From Macrostomum lignano (Eukaryota), in contig NIVC01000438.1 in assembly GCA_002269645.1 (NCBI GenBank), positions 159,972-223,971 on the forward strand: a DNA stretch of 64,000 bases. The letters are read 5' to 3'. Position 1 is the stretch's first letter; each line of letters begins with the position of its first letter. Positions 1 to 12,839 of this stretch are shown here, piece after piece. A program made the position numbers and the translations under genes. Below the pieces are notes generated by a model, which saw nothing but the letters and a program-made list of their open reading frames with translations, ran no database searches and was not told the origin of the DNA.

Positions 1-2260
1 TCACCAGCCGCTAAATATTTTAAGCAAAAATCGTGATGGTAAAAAAAGTTGTAAGAATTCTTTCTCCAATGGAATGCAGGTGTTCCATACCTATGATAAT
101 GCTCGGAAAGGAACGTGCATCAGCTTCATCGTGAATTATTCTAGCGAATCTGTAGGAGTCATCAAGAGCATTGATCACGGGACCCAGTCTGTCAGAATTT
201 CTCCGATTTTATCAGTAAAAAAGAATAATATGTTTTGTTGTTCACGGCAGCAGTACGAAGACAGTTTTGGATGCGACGACTTTCCTGTTCCAATTGGTTT
301 GGATTTCCTAAAGTGCTTGCTGGTGGCCGATGATAACCAGGTCTACCTTGTGCCGATTCTGAGCTGCTGCGAACACAATTAGGTAGCCCATTTATTTGCG
401 CGTGTTTTTTACTTCTGTGTAAAACCAAAGTATATTTTTTCGTAATTAGTACATTAACACTATCTTGAATTTGATCCATTCGGTCTGTAATAACTTTAGA
501 TGTCAGTAAGAATCTACAGAACTTCATACCCAACTTTGCGTCCCCCTTGGCAGGTGCACACAGTATGCATGAGCACTGCGGCGACACGGCAGCCCCAGCA
601 GTATGAGCAACCCTAGCAGGTAAGCAGGCAGCGCGCCTACACTTTCGTGTCGTTTTTTCGTTCTCTGATTATGAGTACATTTTTATTTTGCTTACTAGAT
701 TAAATTTTGTCTATCTTCAGCCGCTCTGGGTATTACTAGTACAAGCTACAAGTGCAAAATAATATGTAGTTTAAAAACCTAATATATTGCTTACTTAGCT
801 CTAAAATCCGAATTTCGAAGTAGAAAGTGAATAATATTAGTCTTGTCAGTGTCACAAATATCTTCATTTCCCTGCCAGATGCCCTGCGTTGCCTACTGTG
901 CATTGGTGCTCAGCCTTCGGTGCCCAGCTGCCTTCGGTGCCCAGCTGCCTTTGGTGCCCAGCTGCCTTCGGTGCCCAGCTGCCTTCGGTGCCCAGCTGCA
1001 CTCTAACTGTCATTATGCCTAGCCGCCTTTGGTGAACAGATTTGCGAAACTTAATACTTTAAAAAACTTTTCTAGTTTACTTTTCAAAATACAGTTTTGT
1101 AAACAGTTTTTAATGCAGCTATATCAGAATGGGGGCTTTTTAACTAACTGGCATCAAATTAACAGAAAGAAACGGTTGGTAATGCAATATGGCAAAACGG
1201 AAATTTCGACGAGCAAAAGTTACTATAGTTACTCTGATTTTAGAGAAATTTGTTCAACACTTATTCTTGCAGAAGCAATTTGCTCTTAAGATGTGCCGTT
1301 CCCTCCCCTCCAAGACACCCGGATTGGGATGAAATTAGAAATATTGCCAAGAATTTTATATAATTGCCGTAATTGTAATTTTATTTCCACAAAAATTAAT
1401 TAAATTGCAATTTGCTGTGCAATTCACTTGCAATTATTGCAATTTTACTCAAATGTTATACTTTCTACTTACAGTAGAATACTTTAAATATTAAATTGGA
1501 CGAATTGCAATTTGATTGTGAATTTTTACTTTCTAAATTTTGTGTTAGCTATAAAGGAAATGAGCCAATGACTATATATGTATGATAGCCTAATTTTGTA
1601 AAGATTTGTTTTAGCAACATTTTTAAGGAAAATGTTTATAATTTAGTTTATATCGCATGCTTGTCGAGATTGCAATTAAATTATAATTTGCTATAATTTT
1701 TGCAATGGAATTTTATTGTATTTTGCTGTGTTTGCTACTTCATTACGCCTTTATGTTTTTGTGTTCATGCTTTTGTAAATACTATATGCTCTCTGTATGT
1801 AAATTATAAATAAAAATTAAATAGTAAAAATGTTTAAATAGGGAATTGCCCAATAGTGCCACAATAATTCACCCAATAATAAAATGCAGAGAAAAATGTT
1901 CTTTTGTTTATATTACTTTTTTCTTCAGGTAACTTCCCGAGTTCCCGAGTCTTAAAATTTTGATTATGTATGCACCATAGAGGTACTGCACGCGCATTGC
2001 GTGCTATAGACATTCATCTTCTATGCCTTATCAGATCTTGACTAATCTTGTATCTTCTTGGAAGATATGGCCTCAAGAACTTGCATGATCCTGTGTCATC
2101 TTAGCAGATCTGGCCCGAAGATCTTGCATGATCTGTTCAGAAGATCTGGTAAGAATTGACTATGTATTTCAATGGCGAAGATCTGCTGAGCTCTTGCAAG
2201 AACTTAGGGCGCAGTTCAAGTCAGATCTTGTAAGAAACCCCAAGCCAATTTCATCTAGGG
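1..2260 (+). mobile_element. Probable right part of a CACTA/EnSpm-like DNA transposon: C-terminal transposase-like ORF fragment (open from window edge to 382), AGATCT-rich subterminal region (~2025-2230), end ...ATTTCATCTAGGG at 2260
   Basis: Frame 2 is open from position 2 to TAG at 382 and ends VYLVPILSCCEHN*, resembling C-termini of animal EnSpm-like transposases (recall only). Clustered AGATCT/GATC motifs end in a GGG terminus (reverse complement CCCTAGATGAAAT). Left end lies outside the window, so no TSD can be checked. Confidence 0.4.
913..997. repeat. 17-bp tandem repeat GCCTTCGGTGCCCAGCT x5
   Basis: Five near-identical units read directly. Confidence 0.95.
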
Positions 2261-5200
2261 CGTCATCGCGTCGGTGATGCTGGACTGTTTTGAGAGTCCT
2301 ACATCATACAGATCAGAATGACGGGAGGTTAATAAAGAGTTGCCATATATGATCTTGTTACTTTTGGTCAGCGACATCAAAGAATTTCCTGTGCCTGTGT
2401 TGCTCCGTTCCGGCGCTGCAAAAATTTCAGCTCTCCCTTTGGTATTGATATACTGTTAATAAGTTAACTGCATGGCTCAAAATTTTGCAGGTAAATTTGT
2501 CGCTTTCGATAGTGTAGGATACAGCTACATCCATTTTCGGCGTGTCAAAAGCTCGAGATTTCTTAGTCTCGAAAATTCATACCATGGAAAACTGACCCTA
2601 TATGCAAGCTTCGTACATCGTCGTAAAAACACCATCCCTCTAGTTTGAAGTTTTCGATCTTTCACATTTTGGAAGCAATTGTGAATTATGAAATCCTTGC
2701 TACTGAAACTTTGTGATTGTAGAGTTTATAGTTTCGGCTAGATAGCTTGGAAGTTTTATTCTGTCCTCAAAGATTCGTAATTGGATTTTTTGAGGAAGTG
2801 ATTCATGCAATTACTCATGCCAGGTTTTTGTTAAAGTGTAGTTTTTGTTTTCCTGGAAAAACAGTTTAAAGTCGCTAAAAAAGAAAGTTAATTCAACGGC
2901 AGTCCACGTGACATCACGTGTGTAATCGGGAGCTGTTAGGCCCTACTGGTTAGCTAATAGCTAGTGCTAGTAAAAAGTACGGAAAGTAGCAATATATCAA
3001 AGGCAATTTTCCCACTCTATTCTTTCTTTATTGCTTACAGGATAACGCAGGATTAGGCTTAGTTGAAGAGTGAAGACAGCAAGTAGTAGACCCTAAAGCA
3101 TGAAGATCACAGGATACAGAAGATAAAGTTATAGCCTATTATAATTAAAGTTGTAAATATTCCAAGTAGGATCCAGATCTGGATATTTTTCCTAACCCAG
3201 AAAATGTTTCATCTAAGAAAATTCTAGGACCTGCATCCAATTTGTCTGCTAGAGCCTAGAATAAGTTGTTTCGTCTGCCTGCAGACAAAAAGGCAATAGA
3301 TAAAATCATTGCACACCAAGAAATTTTGTCTGATTACCTAATAATAATAAGCCTAATTGCCTAAAGAGTAACGACCCCTAATAAAGTTTTAGGTTAATAA
3401 AAATAACCTGAAGTGTAAATAAAGTCATACTCATATGTTGCAACAAGATTTTAAAAGTTTAATTTTTTAGTACTAGGGCTAGTTTTTTAACCTATTTTTA
3501 TCCCATTTAATAATTCTCATTTGTCTTGAGTGGAAAGACACCTTGCTCTTAAGAAGTGGTCAAGTAATAAAAAGTTGTAACACTTTATCTCAATTCTTCT
3601 AAATGTTTCATCAACTTTTATATTTGTAAAATTTTGTCTAACTCTAAGCTCTACTCTCTAGTAGTAATAGGGCCTAGCCTAAGCTGTTAAGTATTGTCTG
3701 ACTGCTGTATTCATGTAATAATATTTTTTCTTAAAAACTATTTTTTAATAAATATTTCCATATAACTTTGTTCAATAAATTATTGTCATATATTATTTTT
3801 AGTTTTTTTATTTTTATCCACAAAAAATCCAGAAAATTTAAATGGGGTAGAGGCATAGGTACCAATTGCTAAGGTATATAAATAGGCCTATGTATAGCCA
3901 TAGTCTATCATGTACATGTGTTTTCCATAAAAAATTCTAACTTTATAAGACCTGCCCTATGCACCTCTCCCCTAAATTTGCTACTTTTTAGGCTATTTTT
4001 GTTTATTATATTGATTAATTAGGCCTATATCTAATATAGCTAAAACAGCAAAAAACTTAAAAATATCCAAAATAAACCTCACACATAAAATGTAGGCCCT
4101 ATCATAGACAGGATTCTAGAATCTAGGCCTAGTCATTGCATTTGCAATCCATTTTTTAACTCACAAGTAGGCTAAGTTGATTCCATCTAAAAAGTAAAGA
4201 AAATAAGTTAATATAGTTTATCAAATATTTATAAAATTATTCAAATATTTGTAAGCAATGGATATATTTTGTTTTTTATAGATAGGGGCATTCATTTTGC
4301 TCTTTATTAAATGAATCTTTTCTACTAACTAGGTTTTTTATGGATTGTATATTGATTAATGTACAGGCCTATGTAACTTTTTCACTAATTCAAAAGAAAT
4401 AAAAAGTTTTTTTGTAAAAGAATGAAATAAAGTAGCTTCAAATTTAGAAATATTATCAAAATGATAAAATAGAAATGTCATGTCATTTATAATGGCTTTT
4501 ATTATTATTTTGCAAAATTAAAGTTTTATTAAAAATTAGTCTATCTATAATAGGCCTAGTATAAGTAGTTTTTAATATATATATAATATAAGGCAAATAA
4601 TAACAAAATTTGTAGTTTAGATTATAGAAATGCATGTCTAATTTAATGCTATTGGTGAACAAGTTGGTAGCAGACAGATTACTAGTAGATTAGCTTATAG
4701 ACTTATTACATGTATTTTTGGCAGACAAGTTAGTGGCAAACAAAGTGACTAAAACCTTTATAGACATATCAATAGGCTCTCTACTATATAGTTGAAGAAT
4801 TTATATACTATATAGTTGAAGAGAGTTAAAGTTATTTTATTTTTCTTTAACATAAGCCCTAGACAAAATTCAACATATTAAAATTTGTTTCTCAATTAAG
4901 CAACAAAGCTTAAAAAGCTAACCTGTTGAAAAAGTTGAAAAATTAATAAATTTGGCTAAGATTGAAATATATCTAATATATAAGAACTGAGAAAAAGTTC
5001 TATAGTTTTTATTTTAGTGTTAAAATGTACCATCTTCAATTAAAAAATCTTTTTAAAGCAATTTTATATTTTAGTAAGCCTTTGAATAACAATATAAGCT
5101 TGTTATTATCCAAACAAAAGCCAGATATATCTTATGAAAACTTTTTACCTTTTTCCAATTTATATTTGCTTCTTATTCTTTACAATTTCATTGAAACTTT

Positions 5201-5712
5201 TAGCCCTATTTATTTGCTAAAAACCTTTTGTTTAAATTTGAATTGTATATTCATATTGGTATGCCTTAAGTTATGGAACTCAATTGGGTAAAATTAAGTA
5301 TTTGTCTATTGTTAGTCATAGATAAAGTTAAATAGAATTCTAATTGAATTTTTAACCAATAGGAAATCAACAATTAATGAATAAATTGGATTTTAAAGTA
5401 GCATATGAAATTAGCAAATGAATGGTTATTACCCTATATAATAGTCTACCTCTGTCTAAAGACTGCCAATGTTTATTAATATAGCAGTCATCTGAGTATA
5501 AAACTCGTATTTATAGCTTTAATGGAGGTTTTAGAGACTTAGAATATTGTTTAAGCTTGGTTAAATATACTAAGAAATTTATCATTGATGCTAGCTCAAC
5601 AGTTTCTCGATTCTCAACAATATCATCTTAATATCTTCAGCTATAAGCTTGAATTCAAGCCTAGTTAAATGAATTCATGCAGACATATCATCAATCATTG
5701 CAGTTAATCAAA

Positions 5713-8700
5713 ATGGACAATCCATCAACTGAGCAAGTTGATGCTGGTATTGACACCACTGCTACTGAATCAAAGGAGACTGAGGAGACTACAAAACCAA
5801 AAGGTACCGAGGCTGCTTTATCTCGCCGGCGCGCTTTGCTAGCCAATTTAGCAGCTAAAATGCCGCCTCCTAAGCTCAGCGCAGGCGATGCTGATGGCTT
5901 CATTGATCTGACTTCTCCGTCGAAGGAGTCGACAAAATCTTCTGCAGTAGCGCCAATAGCGGACCCCGAAGCCAGGGCTAAGGCTGAGTTTAAGCGCCGG
6001 TTTGAAAGGCATGCGGCTGTGCCCAACGACCCAAGGAAACTGATGCACTCGCAGTCTAAGGATTTTGAAGTGAGCTTGTTGTCATGGATGCTTCTTTGAT
6101 TGTGGTAATATCCTTATAGTGTGACATTGTGATATTCAGAAATTCTGCCAACAACAAACAACAAACAAATCAGTGTGACAACCTGGTAGTGTGACAATCT
6201 GTCGGTGTGACAACCTGGCAGTGTGACAATCTGTCGGTGTGACAACCTGGCAGTGTGACAATCTGTCAGTGTGACAATCTGTCAGTGTGACAATCTGTCA
6301 GTTTGACAATCTGTCAGTTTGACAACCTGGCAGTGTGACAACCTGGCAGTGTGACAATCTGTCAGTTTGACAACCTGGCAGTGTGACAATCTGACAGTGT
6401 GACAATCTGGCAGTGTGACAACCTGGCAGTGGGACAATCTGACAGTGTGAGTGTGACAATCGGCAGTGTGACAATCGGCAGTGTGACAATCGGCAGTGTG
6501 ACAATCGGCAGTGTGACAATCTGTTGGTGTGACAATCTGTTGGTGTGACAACCTGGCAGTGTGATAATCTGGTAGAGTGACAATCTGGCAGTGTGACAAT
6601 CTGTCAGTTTGACAGTCTGGTAGTGTGACAACCTGGTAGTGTGACAATCTGTCGGTGTGACAACCTGGCAGTGTGACAATCTGTCGGTGTGACAACCTGG
6701 CAGTGTGACAATCTGTCAGTGTGACAATCTGACAGTGTGAGTGTGACAATCGGCAGTGTGACAATCGGCAGTGTGACAATCTGTTGGTGTGACAATCTGT
6801 TGGTGTGACAACCTGGCAGTGTGATAATCTGGTAGAGTGACAATCTGGTAGCGTGACAATCTGACAGTGTGACAACCTGGCAGTGTGACAACCTGGCAGT
6901 GTGACAATCTGGCAGTGTGACAACCTGGCAGTGTGACAATCTGACAGTGTGACAATCTGACAGTGTAATAATCTGATAGAGTGACAATCTGGTAGCGTGA
7001 CAATCTGTTAGTGTGACAATCTGGCAGTGTGACAACCTGGCAGTGGGACAATCTGACAGTGTGACAATCGGCAGTGTGACAATCTGTTGGTGTGACAATC
7101 TGTTGGTGTGACAACCTGGCAGTGTGAAAATCTGTTGGTGTGACAATCTGGCAGTGTGACAACCTGGCAGTGGGACAATCTGACAGTGTGACAATCGGCA
7201 GTGTGACAATCTGTTGGTGTGACAATCTGTTGGTGTGGCAACCTGGCAGTGTGACAATCTGTTGGTGTGACAACCTGGCAGTGTGAAAATCTGTTGGTGT
7301 GACAATCTGGCAGTGTGACAACCTGGCAGTGGGACAATCTGACAGTGTGACAATCGGCAGTGTGACAATCTGTTGGTGTGACAATCTGTTGGTGTGGCAA
7401 CCTGGCAGTGTGACAATCTGTTGGTGTGACAACCTGGCAGTGTGAAAATCTGTTGGTGTGACAATCTGTTGGTGTGACAACCTGGCAGTGTGATAATCTG
7501 GTAGAGTGACAATCTGGTAGCGTGACAATCTGACAGTGTGACAACCTGGCAGTGTGACAACCTGGCAGTGTGACAACCTGGCAGTGTGACAATCTGGCAG
7601 TGTGACAACCTGGCAGTGTGACAATCTGACAGTGTGACAATCTGACAGTGTGACAATCTGACAGTGTGACAGTCTGGCAGTGTGACAATCTGGCAGTGTG
7701 ACAACCTGGCAGTGTGACAATCTGACAGTGTGACAACCTGATAGTATGTCACACCAAGTCAGTGCCCGATCTCCCCCCAGTGTCACTTATGTCACACCCT
7801 TCCCCTCTCAACCAACAGCTGTCAATCATGCGCCTGGTGTCGCAGGACGACAGCGAGCAGCAGCCGGACAGTCAGAAAGCTGTCGGTGCAGCAACAGAAG
7901 CCAGCAGCACTTCGTCAGCTGTGACAAAGCCAGCCCCATTGCGAGTTGAATGTCAGACGGTGAAGTACCACCAGGCGGCTGACAGGGACTCGTTGCCAAG
8001 CGCCTGCAGTCGGCAGGCTTTCAACGAATTTCGCGCAAACCTAATGAAGAAGGCGGTCCGTCAGGGTGTGCAAAGCCTCGAAGAGCGCTACAGACGATAT
8101 GAAGAATTTAAAAAAGAGAATGAACAGAAAAGTTCGGAGAAAGACGTCGACAAAAGTAGACATTCGAAATCTGGCGTAGTCAATGACGAGGATGAAAGTG
8201 ATGAAGAATACGAGCCGAGCAATTCAGATTCGAGTAGTGGTTCGGATTCCTCAGATTCTGAGGCTGAAGAGGCTGTGGACGATAATAAAACTGAAGAGCC
8301 TGACTGTCTTCAAGAAGAAGCAGAAGAAACTTCTAACCAAGATACAAATCCGGCAGAGGTATTCTCACAGGACTCTCAGGTCGATCTGTTTTCTAATAGC
8401 AATACGGCCGGATCTGCTTCGATCTTTGGACGGTCGGCCACTTCAATGACCGCTGCTACCGCTGCGGGTGCCGCGCTGCTGGGCGGTCAGCGGCTGCCGA
8501 GTCAGCTGCCTGACACACCGCAGCCCACCCAGTACCAGCGGGTAATGCTATTGATGTGCTCTGCGATTTCTGCTGGCTTGTTTGGTGTCCGTGTCCGTCC
8601 GTATCTACCCATGTGTCCGTATCTACCCATGTGTCTTTATCTACCCATGTGTCTTTATCTACCCATGTGTCTTTATCTACCCATGTGTCTTTATCTACCC

Positions 8701-11700
8701 ATGTGTCTTTATCTACCCATGTGTCTTTATCTACCCATGTGTCCGTATCTACCCATGTGTCCGTATCTACCCATGTCTTTATCTACCCATGTGTCCGTAT
8801 CTACCCATGTGTCTTTATCTACCCATGTGTCTTTATCTACCCATTTGTCTTTATCTACCCATGTGTCTTTATCTACCCATGTGTCCGTATCTACCCATGT
8901 GTCCGTATCTACCCATGTCTTTATCTACCCATGTGTCCGTATCTACCCATGTGTCTTTATCTACCCATGTGTCCGTATCTACCCATGTGTCTTTATCTAC
9001 CCATGTGTCTTTATCTACCCATGTGTCTTTATCTACCCATGTGTCTTTATCTACCCATGTGTCTTTATCTACCCATGTGTCCGTATCTATCTACCCATGT
9101 GTCTTTATCTACCCATGTGTCTTTATCTACCCATGTGTCCGTATCTACCCATGTGTCCGTATCTACCCATGTCTTTATCTACCCATGTGTCCGTATCTAC
9201 CCATGTGTCTTTATCTACCCATGTGTCCGTATCTACCCATCTGTCCGTATCTACCCATGTGTCCGTATCTATCCATGTGTCCGTATCTACCCATCTGTCC
9301 GTATCTACCCATGTGTCCGTATCTATCCATGTGTCCGTGGGTAGATACGGACATGTGTCTAGCCATGTCTTTTTATCTACCCATGTCCCTTATCTATTAA
9401 TGTACACTCTTTCCTGCACCTTTGTTTCCACACATCACTGTTTAATCCTTATTGCATTGATTTGTCAATCACCATGTCCTTAGTCTCCCCTGTAACAATT
9501 TAATAATTGTGTATCTGTTGTCTTCATCTTAGAACAAAGATTTAAACCACTCTCCTTTGTCCCATCCGTCTATCTTGCAGGAACTATCCACCAGCGACGA
9601 TTGGTTCAGGTAACTGCTGACCATTTGTTGATTTGATTAATGAAATCTTTTTTCTTTTAATCTATAAAACCCATTTGTGAATTCGTTCCAGCACCCAGGA
9701 GCTTCAGCAGGACGCATTGGTTCAATCGCAGCTTCATTTCGACAATTCCCAATCAGCTACGGGGGGCGCATCAGGGTTGCCTTCATCGTCTGTGGGAGCA
9801 TTTCCCAGTTTCACACCGCTAGCCGCAGAGGGCGATAAGGTTGGAACTTGTAATAACAATAATTCTAGTAACGCCTTTCAGGACTTCATCACCCAGGCAC
9901 CGTTAGTAGCTGCTAAAGCGGTTAAACCGCAGAATGAGTTTCCCGACTGCGTCACGCAGACTGAACCGGCCAGACTCACCCAGAATGAAGACGGTATCGA
10001 TGTAGCAGCCTATGGCATTGTTGATGAAAGCGTTGACAATTCGGCTGACGATGATTTAGCTAAAGCCTTGATGCTTAGCGGAGTTGTTAATCCAGATAGT
10101 CAAGATGACGCTTTGCAAGAGATGCCAGCAACTGTTAGGTCTGCAAAATCTTCCTCGTTTTCGGCGATGACGAGTAAACACGACGTTAATTCCGAAGATA
10201 AATCCGACAATAATTCCGGACAAAAGCCGGACGAAAGTTCCAATGACGAAGCTGCCAGTCATTTTAACGATAATTTCGAAGAAACATCCAACGATAAATC
10301 CAGAGAAGATTCCGACGAAAAATTCGACAAAAAATCCGGAAAAAATTCCAACGAAAAATCCGGAAAAACTTCCAACGAAAAATCCGGAAAAACTTCCGAC
10401 GATAAATCCGGAAAAAATTCCAACGATAAATCCGGAAAAAATTCCAATGATAAATCCGGAAAAGATTCTGACGAAAAATCCGGAAAAAATTCTAACGATA
10501 AATCCGGAAAAACTTCCAACGATAAATCCGGAAAAACTTCCGACGATAAATCCGGAAAAGATTCTAAGGATAAATCTGAGATATCAGATAATGATGACGA
10601 CGAAAACCAGGACGAAGATGACGAAGAAATAGGCATTCAGAAGCTGCGCAATAAAATCCAGACGCGTCAGTTCATAGTTGGCAGCGATGAGGAAGACGAA
10701 GATGAAGGAAGCGACGAAGCTGATGAGGAATCCGATGATGACGGAGATGCCAAATCTTCTGATAATGAAGAAGAAGAAGAAAGCGAAGACAACAATGAGG
10801 GCGATGAAGATGAAGAGAGAGCGGCAGACAGCGCCGATGACAATATCAAGTCCGATTCTCGCAAGCGTCGGCTTCGCCAGCGCGACTTTCTTGAAGAAGA
10901 AGCCGAACTGAGCGGCTCAGATGACGGCGGGGCTGACGATGTTGACAATCCCGAAGATGGCGACTCGCTGGATCAAGCTCTGGCCGCCGAGCTCGAAGGC
11001 ATGATCGACGACGATGAAGATGCGCTGGGCGGCAGGTCGAAGGTTCGACGTCAGGTCGCTCGAATCCAGCACGCCATGGAGACCGACGAGGATCGTCGCC
11101 GGCTGGACCAGCTGAAGGAGCTGCTGCTGCCAGACGGCGAGCTCGCCGACGAATCCGACGCCGATGGCGGCGTCAGGAAGTGGCGATTCAACCGGTGGAA
11201 GGAGCTGCAGGAGCGGCGCGACGCCGCTGAGGCTGCGGCCAGAGCCGGCCTGGAGGACGCCTGCTGGGGCGACGGCGAGGACGAGGAGCAGCGAAGGCGA
11301 GAGGAGGAGGAACAGGAGGCCGAGGCCAGGGCCGAGCAGGTGATGATTCGCGGTTAGATGGGGTATTTCTGTCATTAGATGGGGTATTTCTGTCATTAGA
11401 TGGGGTCTTTCTGTCATTAGATGGGGTATTTCTGTCATTAGATGGGTGGTATTTCTGTCATTAGATGGGTGGTATTTCTGTCATTAGATGGGATATTACT
11501 GTCATTAGATGGGTATTTCTGTCATTAGATGGGGTATTTCTGTCATTAGATTGTGTATTTTTGTCATTAGATAGGGTATTTCTGTAATTAGGTGGGTGGT
11601 ATTTCTGTCATTAGATAGGGTCTATCTGTCATTAGATAGGGTATTTTTGTCATTAGATGGGTGGTATTTCTGTCATTAGATAGGGTCTATCTGTCATTAG

Positions 11701-12731
11701 ATGGGGTATTTTTGTCATCAAATGGGGTATTTCTGTAATTAGATGAGGTATTTTTGTCATTAGATGGGGTATTTTTGTCATTAGATGAGGTATTTTTGTC
11801 ATTAGATGAGGTATTTCTGTCATTAGATGGGGTATTTCTGCCATTAGATGGGGTATTTTTTGTTCTAGATTAAGACTCCGTTCCCTATATCCGTTAATCC
11901 GCTAATCCGCTTCGCCAGGCCCTTCGAATTGAGCGGCACAAACGCGAGAAATTTCTGGAAGAGCAGGAGCAGCAACAGCAGCACCGGCTCATGCTGCAGC
12001 TGGCCGCCCAGGAGTCTCAGAGCGGCCTGTCCATCACTGCTCAGCATCCCAATCAGCATCATCAGCATCTCCTAGAAGACAGCAGTTCGCAGCAATCGCA
12101 GTTCTTTCGCGACATGCACGCTCGGGTGCTGAAAGAGACTTCAAACAGCGCCAGCAAAAGCATTGCTGGTCAGATGCTGCCGCCCAAGACCCGACCTGTT
12201 GTTCAGCAGAAGCAGCAACAGCAAAAGCAACAACAGCAGCAACCAGATTGTTCCGCGTCGCTTAACAAACGCAAAAATTTTGCTCCAATAAAGCGCAGCG
12301 GCTCGTTTCTAACCAGAAGTCGAGACAGTTCCGCCTCGCTGCGTCAGCTGGTTGCCAAGTCAGCCGGCAGCGGCGGCGGCGGCGACAGCGGCCTCAAGGC
12401 AGCCGTGGCGGCTGCCGCTGAAAGCAAAGTGAAGTCTTCAACCGGAGTGGCCTGCTTCTCGGTGCAGAGTCGCAAGTCTGCCAGCAATAATAACACTAAT
12501 ACTACTGATAGTAGCGGCAGGAAACGCGTCAGTGGCTTGACTGGGCCCGTTGCTAATGGCAACGAGCCGGCGGCTAAAAAACTTCGACAGACTGCCGGCA
12601 GCGGCGGCTTGGCGGCATCTCCGGTGCAGCAGCGGAGGTCGTCGATTTTGTCGAATTTCTATGCCGTTAACAATGCGGCTGCCGCGGCTGCTGCGGCTGC
12701 GGCCGCTGCTGCTGTTGAAGAGCAGTCTTGA
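5713..12731 (+). CDS. CLSPN: Claspin / Mrc1-like replication checkpoint mediator; exons 5713-6069, 7819-8541, 9581-9609, 9692-11339, 11919-12731 (~1189 aa; upstream in-frame ATG at 5677, 5' end uncertain)
   Basis: All four introns are GT-AG and phase-matched (0,0,2,0). Motifs PKLS..GFIDL..EFKRRFERHA, FLEEEAELSGSD..G..D, DEDRRRLDQLKELLLPDGEL, VRKWRFNRW, RHKREKFLEE and GSFL match remembered metazoan Claspin blocks in order. Confidence 0.88.
6173..7744. repeat. 16-bp minisatellite GTGTGACAA(T/C)CTG(GCA/TCA/ACA/TTG) filling Claspin intron 1
   Basis: Read directly; source of the LSHCQIVTL ORFs on the minus strand. Confidence 0.95.
8595..9387. repeat. 18-bp minisatellite TATCTACCCATGTGTC(CG/TT) in Claspin intron 2, with one inverted unit at ~9338-9353
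   Basis: Read directly. Confidence 0.95.
10290..10575 (+). repeat. Coding 24-bp repeat (KSGK[N/T/D]S[N/D][E/D]) inside Claspin exon 4
   Basis: AAATCCGGAAAAA..TCCAACGA units in frame, about ten 8-aa units. Confidence 0.9.
11355..11856. repeat. ~21-bp minisatellite TTAGATGGGGTATTTCTGTCA in Claspin intron 4
   Basis: Read directly. Confidence 0.95.
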
Positions 12732-12839
12732 CTTCGGCTTGTCTGCAGTGACTGCTGAGTTGCCGTCTTTTTTCTGTAGCTTACTGTCACCTTTGTCTGT
12801 ATTTGGCTGTAACTTATTATCTGTCTCTAATGATTGTAT

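Noticed and set aside
2905-2920. Tandem E-boxes CACGTG-ACAT-CACGTG as the Claspin promoter
   Set aside because: 2.8 kb upstream at the edge of repeat-derived DNA; no supporting evidence.
3041-3392. Possible decayed exon after a good acceptor (TTGCTTACAG) as the missing Claspin N-terminus
   Set aside because: About six stops in ~115 codons is near chance for this AT content; every stop is trivially C->T revertible, and no Claspin motif is visible.
6282-7786. Long minus-strand ORFs (LSHCQIVTL repeats)
   Set aside because: Stop-free by-product of the 16-bp intronic array; open in several frames.
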